DNA from: Utricularia gibba
Taxonomy: Eukaryota > Plantae > Magnoliophyta
DNA: 64,000 nt
Direction: 5' to 3'
NCBI GenBank assembly: GCA_002189035.1
Contig: NEEC01000004.1
Location: 186,001 to 250,000, forward strand
This document shows positions 1-10,528 of this stretch, one piece after another; position 1 is the first letter of the stretch; each line of letters starts with the position of its first letter. The translations under genes were made by a program, and so were the position numbers. The notes under the pieces were generated by a model that was not told the DNA's origin, ran no database searches, and was given only the letters and a program-made list of their open reading frames with translations.

Positions 1-58
1 TAAAGCACCATGGGGCGTGTAATCCAAAAAACTGAAGAAGCACCAAAATCAATCTTAC

Positions 59-1234
59 ACTTGGACGTCCATTTCTGTTGAAATGAACTGCATAACGGAC
101 CAGCTCGCCAATCTCAGAGAAGAGCTCCTGGTTGGAAATATTTTTCAGTATGCGCCCAATACAAACCATTGCAAAAGTTGAAAACATTTGCTTAACAGGA
201 TGCTTGTACCCTTATATCTTCATTTGTAACACGCATGTCCAGATTCGAAATATGCAATTTCGTACCAACTTCTCTACCAGACAAATCAGCTGCTTTAATA
301 CTGTCTTCAACAAGACCATTATGCCAAGGCAAATTCTTGGTTGTTCGAATCGACTGATACAAGGAGACAGGGAAATCAATATACTTTACAACCAGAAAAC
401 AGCATTTCACTTTTCATGTAAATGACATATCAGAAAAGTTCCAAGATGAAGACACCCCACAGGCTCAGAAAGAATTCTAACACCACTGCAAAATGAGGTA
501 TGAAATTAGATATGACTGAGGAGATCCACTAGCAGACTGCGAGACAGCCAAACAGGCTTGGGCATTTTCAGAATGCCATTGATCCCTCAGCAAAAAAATT
601 TCTCAAATAACCAAGACATCCACCAACTCCCCTTAAAAATTAAAGAACGAAACGATAGAGAGCCATCTGCTTATAAAAGTAGTAACACCTTGTCACTTTC
701 CAGTTTTAGTTATAACAGTGAAAAGCACATCATGTGGGATCTGGGCTCTTCTAGATGTCATTCCAGATATAATCAAATCCACATTTCCATGGAAGGCATT
801 CCAGTTATGACCAATAGGCAATTCGAACTGTACAAAATGTACCATAGGAGCTGCACAACCATCATATTCCACAAGGCGGACTCACAACTAACAGATTCTC
901 TCACTGTTCACATACTGCAAGTTTCTCCATAAACCAAGGACATTCTTTTGTTTCTAATGCAACCACACAATCTTCATCGCGGTATTATAGCTTACGGATT
1001 TGTCAAGAAAATGCATAAGCTTCCATAATTCGGGCTTGCCTTGGCAATAGAAAATGCTGAAGGTCGAACATTTAGACCGAGTACATTTCTGCGTAGAGCC
1101 CCAGATACTCGGCCACCTCTCAATGCCCGTCCGCGCCCTCTTCCAAATTGAGCCCCTAAAAATGTTCTGCCTCCTCTATTAAGATTTCGCCTGTTCCTTA
1201 TCACATCATCCAAAGACACGTCCAAAGATGCCAT
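59..1234 (-). CDS. ALY: THO complex subunit 4 / ALY-family mRNA export adaptor, 5' part (continues off the left edge)
   Basis: N-terminal motif MASLDVSLDDVI, an RGG-rich segment and the RRM start (GTKLHISNLDMRVTNEDIRELFSEIGELVRYAVHFNRNGRPS). Exons 1234-1040, 353-210 and 127-59 join in phase 0. The first intron has a GC donor. Confidence 0.9.
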
Positions 1235-1641
1235 TCGCAACAAGTCTGCATTTTTTTTACATAAGAACTACTTATAAAAAAAAATAAGAGAACGAATGAC
1301 GAACAATTATTTTAATCAGAAACAATATCAACTCATCATATACATAAGGTTAAATCGCGAACCAACAAAGAAAACAAAAAAAAAGATCTAACTCAAAACA
1401 AGATAAACAGTAGAGACTAAATCACACGAATATAATTAAGAAACAAGTAAAAAGGAATTGCAAACCTGAGATTGATAAAGCAGCAGTCTATCTATCGCCT
1501 TTCGATGTTGAGGAAACCGAACCCACCGCAAAAAGGTATCAGAAAACTAGGAATTCGAAATTTCGGAAGAGGGAAACAGTGCGAACTTTAGGATCAAAGG
1601 AATTGGGTAGAAGGGGAGCTGAGCGTCTGCAATTGTAGATC

Positions 1642-1745
1642 TAGGGTTCCAAAGGTCACTCAAAAGCGCGCAATCCCGCAGAGATACTTATGGTAAAAAG
1701 TTTCTCGGTCACTGGGCTTTTCCAGCCCAATATCATTTTGGGCTT
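1642..1745. promoter_or_regulatory. Telo-box-like AACCCTA (minus strand) plus three site II (TGGGCY) motifs upstream of ALY
   Basis: tagggtt near 1642; tgggct, agccca and tgggct between 1713 and 1745. This combination is known from plant housekeeping and RNA-processing genes. Confidence 0.45.
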
Positions 1746-2273
1746 CTAAACGCCATCTAAGGGGTATATTAGTAATAAACGAACATTCACCAGCATAATA
1801 TTCTGTTAATAAAAAACATGCAATTTTTTTATTACATTTAAAAATTAAAATACTAATAATTCATAACAAGATTATCCCAAAATCAATGAGTTAATGCGCT
1901 TTTTACATCATTAATTTTGTGTTTTTATTAATTCAATAGAACATGTTTAGAATGTGTATTAGGAAGATTTAGATTATGGTACCAACTATAAAAAAGTTGA
2001 GTCCAGTTATTTTTTTAAATCTTTATTCATTTTTCAAAAGCATATTATGAAAAATTATAATTAAAATAACTTTATTATGGACCGCCTTATTGGGCCCCGC
2101 CATCGGGCCCCCCAGGTGATCGGACAGAAGCCACGTCGGACCACATTTCAGTATAAACATAACCCTCAATAAACAGCTCACCATATATAAAGTAGAGGTC
2201 ATGACCTCTATTTTTGCGGGCAAAAAAGCATATTATTTTATTTTAATAGTAAATGACGAAATCACGTTTTTAC

Positions 2274-2295
2274 ATATATATATATATATATATAT
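2274..2295. repeat. (AT)11 microsatellite
   Basis: Read directly from the sequence. Confidence 0.95.
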
Positions 2296-2453
2296 GTTGG
2301 AATTTTGGGGGAAATATTGATTTAATATTTTTAGAAAAATATCAGGTGAGGGTATATTAAAATTAAAAGATTTATTTTTGCGAGGACATTACTCTCCTAG
2401 AGCTGCATCCATAAATATCCTGTAAATGAAGCGTTGAATTGCGGATTTGTGGA

Positions 2454-3819
2454 ATGGCGAAGACACCGGAAACAGAGCACCCAGTGAAGGCTTTTGGATG
2501 GGCTGCGAGAGACACCTCTGGTCATCTCTCCCCGTTCAAATTCTCCAGAAGGTTCTTACAAAACTCTGATTGCTTCGGTTCGTTTCTCTGGTGTTTTGAC
2601 TCTATGGCTCCAGGGCAACCGGTGATCATGATGTCCAGTTTAAGGTGTTGTTTTGCGGCGTCTGCCACTCGGATCTCCACCAGATCAAGAACGATTGGGG
2701 GATGGCCGTTTACCCTATTGTTCCCGGGTAGAGTTTCTGAATCTTTGATTCAGATTGGGTTCTTCAAAGATTGGACTTTTGTTTTTCATCTGGGTGACAT
2801 CATCCATGCAGACATGAGATCGTCGGAGAAGTGACGGAGGTGGGTAGAGAAGTCAGCAAATTTAAGATCGGCGACAAAGTCGGCGTCGGATGCATCGTGG
2901 GATCATGCCGCGACTGCGAACAGTGCTATAACGATCTCGAAAACTACTGCCCGAAGACAATCCTGACTTACAGCATGACGTATTTGGACGGCACGATCAC
3001 CTATGGCGGCTACTCCAATCTCATGGTGGCCGACGAGCACTTCGTCATCCGATGGCCGGAAAATTTACCACTCGCCGCCGGCGCTCCCCTCCTCTGTGCG
3101 GGAATCACCACTTACAGCCCGATGAGATACTACGGCCTGGACAAACCCGGCCAGCACATCGGCGTCGTTGGGCTCGGCGGCCTCGGCCACGTAGCCGTGA
3201 AATTCGCCAAGGCTTTTGGTGCAAAAGTGACTGTTATCAGCACTTCTCTGAGTAAGAAGAAGGAAGCCATTGAAATCCTCGGCGCTGATGAATTTCTCGT
3301 TAGCAAAGATCCTGAGGAGATGCAGGTAACTAACTACCCGTTACGATTTTTCAGACAAAATCGCTAGAGTTAAGATTAATCGGAGGACTATTAGGCCGCA
3401 GCGTTGACGTTGGATGGAATAATCGACACGGTGTCTGCAGCTCATCAGTTGTCTCCGTTACTGAATCTGCTGAAGCCTCATGGGAAGCTGATAATGGTCG
3501 GCGCGCCGGAGAAACCAATTGAACTGTTGGCTTTTTCTATCGTCTTCTGTGAGTACCTGAACTCCCCCATTTCATCTCCTTCCGTTTTCACATTAATCCC
3601 CACAAAAATTCCGCAGCTAGAAGAATCGTGGGTGGCAGCACGATGGGAGGAATAAAAGAAACTCAGGAGATGATCGATTTCGCGGCGGCGCACAACATTC
3701 TTCCGGACGTGGAGATGATCTCCATTGACTACCTCAACACCGCCTTGGAACGTCTCGCGAAATCCGACGTCAAGTACCGTTTCGTCATCGACGTCGCCAA
3801 CACCCTCAAACCGGAATAA
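2454..3819 (+). CDS. CAD: Cinnamyl alcohol dehydrogenase-family MDR (ELI3/SAD class; 8-hydroxygeraniol dehydrogenase-like)
   Basis: Five GT-AG exons: 2454-2551, 2614-2727, 2812-3325, 3395-3548, 3617-3819. Catalytic Zn motifs CHSD and GHE, structural Zn motif CRDCEQC...YC, GLGGLG nucleotide-binding motif, C-terminal [10 protein letters not shown]. Confidence 0.95.
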
Positions 3820-4319
3820 GCGAAGCTCCGACAACCGCCGTCGGCGCTGATTGTGTCTCTTCTTTGGAATCCATACTCCCCGGCCCTAATGGACGAGGTT
3901 GTACCCCACTGTCTTGTTCGAATAAAAACATGTTTGCCTTGTATGTAATAATTTAAGTTTATATCTGGCCATTCACATTTTGTCACACAAATATAAATTC
4001 AATAAACGATTATCATACGAATAAAAATACAACAATAAAAAACCTATAGTCAGATTCTTCTTGACCGTGGAAAACAAATTGAAAGTAAAAAATCGAATAA
4101 ATCTAATTTTATTTCAATCCCAACTAATATTATTATTATTAATCCATCACCATTTAATTACGACGATACAAAATCGATTAAAAAAAGATAATTTTGTTTC
4201 GATGTATATTTAAAAAACAACTAATCAACTGAAATGAATATTTTTCATTTTTTATCTACCAACAGAAATAGCCATAAAACCCTGGTAGTGGTTCAAAACG
4301 AATTACTGGGCGGCGCCCA

Positions 4320-4395
4320 CCGGCGGCACCAAGGGAAACCGACATTTAAAATACCGGCGGCACCAAGGGAAACCGACATTTAAAATACCGGCGGC
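4320..4395. repeat. 34-bp tandem direct repeat, 2.2 copies (ccggcggcaccaagggaaaccgacatttaaaata)
   Basis: Identical units at 4320-4353 and 4354-4387, followed by a partial third unit at 4388-4395. Confidence 0.95.
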
Positions 4396-5904
4396 TGGAA
4401 TCTGGATTGAACGGGGGGCAATGCCCTTTTCCTCAAGGGGGGCTCACCATGGTGAGCCAAGTGGAAGTCGTTGTGAGCAATAATTCTTGAATCCATATTT
4501 TCTATGGGTCATTGTGACCAAGTGAGATCGATTTTATTTAGAAAAATGGACATCCTGAAACATATTTAGAAAAAATGACCATTTTTAGTATTAATTTTTT
4601 AGTTTAATATGTTAAAAAAGGAACAATAGATGACTAGAGTTTAAAATGAGTTTAAAAAGGAACAATAATTTTTTAGGGTTTATATTTTAGAAGATGAAAT
4701 TGTGCAAATTATAAAACTTGCATGGGACACGCGGCAAATACTACCTTTGTGATAACAAGCTATTAATTGTGTGTTTCATAATATTTAATATGAGTACGAT
4801 ATCAAGTTTTATTCTACTTCTCCTCCCCCACACCTTAATATTATTTAAAAATTGATATCGACAATATTTTTTAAAAACTAATCTCAACTATCTTATTTTG
4901 CACATCAAATAAATTAATAACTTTTAAAACAAATTTTAAACACCTAATTAATTCGCAAGAGAACGTGAAAAATATACTTGTATTGAACATTATTAATATA
5001 GAATGGCACTGTAATAATTGCTTTGCCATTTTTTGAGCATTAATTTCTTTTCTATTGCACACTTAATGAAATATTATGGAGTGATTTAAAAGTAATTTAT
5101 CAAATTTAAAGAATATTTATAGCGCAATGTGGGCTTGGGAGCCTGTCTATTCATTTCTCATGAAGCCCAGTTTAGGGCGTAAGGAAATGGTGGGCCCTAT
5201 CCGTATGTAATGACAAGATCAGAGCAGTGGGCCAACGCTCATCCAATGGTCCGAAACCAAGAATCGAGGTTGCAGACCCTCCTCGTACGTATTAGGGCAT
5301 CCACACCACTAAAATTTAGAATGGTTTGTGTGCTGGTAAGATTTGTGAATCACTGTTCTAAAATCGGATTGAATATATTTTATGATTCAATTCATTATAA
5401 ATATATTATAAAAAATATAAATAATTATTTATTTTTTTTATAAAAATTATTGGTGTGGATGTTTTTGTTGGCACGGGTAACCCACTCCTGAGCTCGCTCA
5501 CGGGATCCGCCTCCCAATTTTGTGCTGTAGAAAGAAGAAATGAAAATTGAATATGAGCGAGCGAGGGATTAGGGTGAAAAGTGACGTAACGTGAGATCAC
5601 AAGGAGACAAACTTGCAGTGCCTCCGCAGGTCCACGCTGCGGTTTGTCGGCTGCCATGGACTCAGATACTTACCTCCGCTCCGCTTTTTCCGTACTGTAC
5701 AAGAATACATTAACCAACACTTGTCTAGTTAAACTGGTTCCGTCTTCACTGTTCTAACATCCATTCTTCTGGGCGGTTGATGAAGATCACAAGAGCTTGT
5801 CTGTGTGTTTCTCGTGCATGAACCCAACCTCATTGCCTCCCCAAAGGGGAACTCAACCACCAACTGATTTAGATATAGATGGTCGTTGGATTTGTCGGAG
5901 CAAA

Positions 5905-6672
5905 ATGTCGGGCGATGAAGGGAAACCGGAGCAGCAGCGGAGGAAGAAAAGCGCGGCGGCGAGGGCTCAGGAGCCGTCCCTCAGGTGTCCGCGTTGCGAC
6001 TCGCCGAATACCAAGTTCTGTTACTACAACAACTACAGCCTGTCGCAGCCGAGGCACTTCTGCAAGACTTGCAGAAGGTACTGGACGAGAGGGGGCGCGT
6101 TGCGCAACGTGCCCATTGGGGGTGGCTGTCGGAAAAGCAAGAAAATGAAGGGTAGCTCGAAGGATGTCGGTGGACTGAGATTTTTTCAAGGGATTTCACC
6201 GGCTATGGATTTTCAAAGCGCCTCCCAGTTTGCGGACATCTCAAACAATCATCCCATTTTGGCAACTCCTCCTCCAAGTTTTAGTCTTGATCCGAATTAT
6301 GCAGGAACATCATTTGGTATGCCATTCAAACCAGCAAACCTTACAGCACTTTTCCAGGAACCAGGGGGTTCTTACAGAAGCCTTGCATCCTCAATTGAAT
6401 CATTGAGTTGCATGAACCAAGATTTGCACTGGAAACTGCAGCAGCAGAGACTTGCACCTAACTTCATTACCCCATCCATTGAAGCACCACCAGCAGAAAC
6501 AACAACTCTTCAAAAATGCCAACCCCTTCTGTTTCACAACTTGGAAATATCGAGCAACAAGCAGCAGCAATCAGACGATGTTCGGAATCCAACGGAATTG
6601 TTCTTCGATACCCACTACGCAACAACAGCCGCCATCTGGAGCAACATTCAATCATGGACTGACTTTCCTTGA
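5905..6672 (+). CDS. Dof zinc-finger transcription factor, DOF5.7-like (an in-frame upstream ATG at 5818 is also possible)
   Basis: Complete Dof domain [50 protein letters not shown]. The downstream [21 protein letters not shown] motif is recalled from the DOF5.7 clade. Confidence 0.92.
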   Translation: MSGDEGKPEQQRRKKSAAARAQEPSLRCPRCDSPNTKFCYYNNYSLSQPRHFCKTCRRYWTRGGALRNVPIGGGCRKSKKMKGSSKDVGGLRFFQGISPAMDFQSASQFADISNNHPILATPPPSFSLDPNYAGTSFGMPFKPANLTALFQEPGGSYRSLASSIESLSCMNQDLHWKLQQQRLAPNFITPSIEAPPAETTTLQKCQPLLFHNLEISSNKQQQSDDVRNPTELFFDTHYATTAAIWSNIQSWTDFP

Positions 6673-8606
6673 GAGAAAAAAATAAAACAGGTAAAAGAAA
6701 AGCTGATCTGCTCACATCCTTTTTAATGTATTTTCCAGTTGATCATCATGTCCAGTTCTAGATTTTCCATCTCACATTACAAGGTTCAATTTTTATGCAA
6801 CCCATCTTCATACTTCAGGATTCATGAATGGAAATATTAAAGAGTGGTATAACAGTGAAATCTTCGATTTGTTTGGTGTTACGTCCAGTGCTGAGATCAG
6901 AACTCAGACCGTGTCTACTTTATCCTCGTCTCTCGCAAAACCGATGCTCAGTCTGTCACTCACAGAGCTTCTGACTCTACATGCTACTGGTAAAAGGCAG
7001 CAGTGCAGTAACAGTACACAGTGACACTGGATTGATCTGGTGCAAAAGGAGTAAATTGTAATTAATCTCTGTGGGGTTTATAAAGAATGGATCTTTTTCC
7101 TCTTCATGCATTGGTCCCTTGTCACGTTAATCCGCTGCTGGGATAGCTAAAAAAGTTGCATTGAATGAACGGATAAAAAAGAAACCCTAATTCCATTGCA
7201 GGAAAACCGACGAAGGTGAAAAGTGGGGATTGATGGGAAGCGTGAAGGAGACAACGGAAAACTGCAAGTGCCGACCAACAACCTCCACATCAAAACAATT
7301 TGGAATAACAACCTCTGAGAATCAAATCATCTAACGACATCTACAGATTCCGTACGTTATGTTCAAGAATAAAGCTCTCATCTTTCATTTACCCATTTGG
7401 ATTGTACGTGTGATTTTAGATCCGCTTATTGCTATGCAGAGTTCGGGGTTCGATGAGACTATCCACGCTGAAACCTGCATATAGATTAGACATACCTGAT
7501 TCAATAGAATCTCGCCTTCATAGACTCAGTTAGTGATGCTTCTTGATCTTGATATGCTCAATACTATCGCTTAGAGAGTATCGGATCGAATTGAATGAAG
7601 CCATGACGTTGAAGAAGATGACACACAGCGTGTTTGGTTTAAGTTGCTTTTGCGTTTCCATGCAACAAGGATTTCGTGAGTTGACGGGAAACCAGGGTTT
7701 TGTAAAGACGTTTAGGACAACTGATTTTGGCATTTTACGCTGCGTCGTAAACTTTAAGGGGAAAGCCCACAACACGATTGTATTACCAGAATGAATCACC
7801 AACTTTATCGTATGCTTTTGATTTTTTACAGCTCGACTTTCAATGAAGTTTGAATTGAATACAGAATCAAATCGTGTAAAAGACTACCAGAATCAAGATA
7901 AAGCTGGTATGTTTCTCATAAGATAAGAGAAAGATGAGATAGGAGAAAGATAAGAAGCAGAAGCTTATCATCTACCCATAAAAGTCTCTGCGCAAGCTTC
8001 AATCTCTTCCTACATTCCCTATTTGGGAAGATGAAACACCTGGACCATTTCAGTAGTTACGGATCTATAAGTTCTAACAAGGGCCTCCAATCATATGGGG
8101 GCAACTCAAGTTTCTGTCAGTGGGATCAGTAATGAACCACTATTCAGTAAACATAAGGATATGGCCTTTGTATATATATCCCTGCCCCTGGAATTATCGA
8201 GCTAGCTTATAGGGCTTACCTTTCAACAGAAAGTGTTAGACCTTTCAGAGTAGCCATCTTAGGACCTAGTGTTATGTCTTCGAGAATTGCGAGGGAATGG
8301 CAGTAAGGTTCGACACTGCGTTTTTTTTTTTTTTTTTTTCAGTCGGGTGATGTGTAGTGTAAATACAAGCATCCGGTGATATGAGTACAGAGAGCGCAGA
8401 AGAAGGTAACCCGCGGAAGCTGTGAAAATAGCAAACATTCCAAATATTTACAGCTTCATATTGACTAATATCAGGTTCATCAACAGCAACAGAGGGTTCG
8501 TTTACATAACATAACATCATTGAGAGAATTAACATTTTACCCAGAGATATTTACCGACACAATTGCAAGTTCCACCAAAGCTCAGCTGTAGGAGCAGAGT
8601 TTGGCT

Positions 8607-9204
8607 TCAGAAGTTCTGTTGAGTGGACAGCCACTTATTCATGTATTCCACGGCACCTGCGAATCAGATCAAGAAATTTCTTGCATTCCTCCAAACATGC
8701 AGAACGTAAGTCCCAAGAGAAGAACTTACCCGAAGGATAGTCAGGAGGGAAATTCTTAACAGTGAAGGATTGAGAACTAGACTCTTCATTTTCCTCCAAC
8801 ACCTTTTGCTTGTAGCAGGGAACCAGCACAGCAAAACTATCATCATCATCAACATTCTGGACACAAGGGGTATGTGGCTCCAGCCACCCAATCGACCAGT
8901 CCGAGTTATCCGATTCTGACCCCGATAAACAAACGCCATCAGATGGCACCAAAACTAGATCATACTCCTTATCGATCTTCCCATTTTTTTCATGCCTGCT
9001 TTTCCATTTCCCCTTCACTTTTGAAGGGGGCAGCCTCCCACTAGCACCCTTTGAAGAGTAGAACTTTAAACTTTCTGTGTCTCCTTGGAATCCTAAAACC
9101 ATCTCCCCCAAGGAATTCAATGAATTAACCAAAGGCCCGGTTGAGGCCTGCTCTTTCTCTTTCCCACTAATCCAGGGCCAAGAAAAACGAGAGAAAGGAG
9201 TCAT
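8607..9204 (-). CDS. Uncharacterised conserved plant protein (~174 aa, DKEYDxVLVPSDG...SDWSIGWLEPH...FAVLVPCY type)
   Basis: Exon 9204-8730, a 73-nt GT-AG intron, then exon 8656-8607 giving GAVEYMNKWLSTQQNF-stop in phase. The acidic motif block is recalled as a conserved plant family of unknown function. Confidence 0.8.
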
Positions 9205-10528
9205 GTTTACTATTCCAATACTTCCAAAACAGGTTTATCTAACATTTCATTCGGAGATGCTTACGATGAGCTAACGGCAAGACAACAACTTGCCCAATTA
9301 AAAACAAAGAATTCCAAAGGAATCCAAATCACACCAATGCAATCTAAACCCCAAATGAAAGCCCCTCCAAATGGAACGTAATGTAAGCATGATATCAACG
9401 AAAAGCTAAAACCATAGATATGAATTCACAAATCTAAAATAGCATCAGAAAGCTGATCGTTGCTCCAAATAGAGTACTAGATAAAATGCTTCTTCATAAA
9501 GGCGACAAAATGTTGACACGAATGAATAAGAGTGGCCGTAGATGACGGACGGTGGGCATTGTCCAAAAAACCACCACTACGCAAGAAGACAGAAATGCTC
9601 CGAATACTTGCAATATCACGGAAAAGCAGTCACTCAAAATGTTAAAGGAGAAATTTCTTCTTCCAAGAAGTAAAGGCTACGGAAATGATTGAGGAGAATA
9701 ATGATTCCTAGAAAGACCCTTTTGTCCGCCTCATCGTCCAGTCACAAAGATTCCGATTTGACTTCGGGGAACAAGATTCCTACTAGCAACATAGCCGCAG
9801 GAAACCAAATTGGCACTTTATTCGACAAAGAAGCCAAGAAGAAGCGGAAAACCAGCGACACATAAGTAAGAGTTGATATCCCAGAAAGAAAAAGCATAAT
9901 AGGAGCGGATTACTGAGAATCCCCCAGACCCAAACTCGAAGAAATCCATATTCTTCAGGATTCTGCGAAACTGCAGCTTGAAGACGCACTGTTGAGCACA
10001 CCACCATCACTGGCATGCTCGAATCCAGTTGAGGAACTGGATCTTTGGGCCAGAGAATTATTCCTTTTTAAATAGCTGCAGGAAAATGGATTGGTTTGGC
10101 CCAACTAGATTTATTTACAGCCCAATTTAATCAATACATGAATAGCTCAAACATTTTCATTGGTCAGGCCCAATAAATTTTCCATCAATTATCGAAAATT
10201 TAAATAAAAAAGAAAACAGACTCCTAAAAAAAAGAAAAAAAATACAGGCAAAAGAGAAGTTAGTACTGTTAGCGCTGAAAGCGAGCGCTCACTTCACTGG
10301 AATCAAGTACTTATTTGAGCTTAAATTTTTCGATATGTCCAAGCCAGCTAAGCACTAAGCACGCTTATGTTTCCGTCTTCAGCACTACGAATTGATTTGA
10401 ATTGGGTGGTGGTAAGGGAGAACTTGGAGGCGGGTGTTTAATGACAAGAGTTGGATATGGCGGCATGGTGAAGGAGCTTTCGTTTCTGGTGAAATTTTGA
10501 TTCTTGTTAAGTGGGGCGTAGAGTTAGA

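Noticed and set aside
4320-4395. 34-bp repeat as a CRISPR-like array
   Set aside because: Units are directly adjacent with no spacers, there are only two full copies, and the context is eukaryotic.
7050-8270. ORFs 7530-7802 (-) and 7543-7794 (+), and a strong minus-strand donor at 8219
   Set aside because: No recognisable motifs. The overlapping ORFs are consistent with chance in the 3' regions of two convergent genes.
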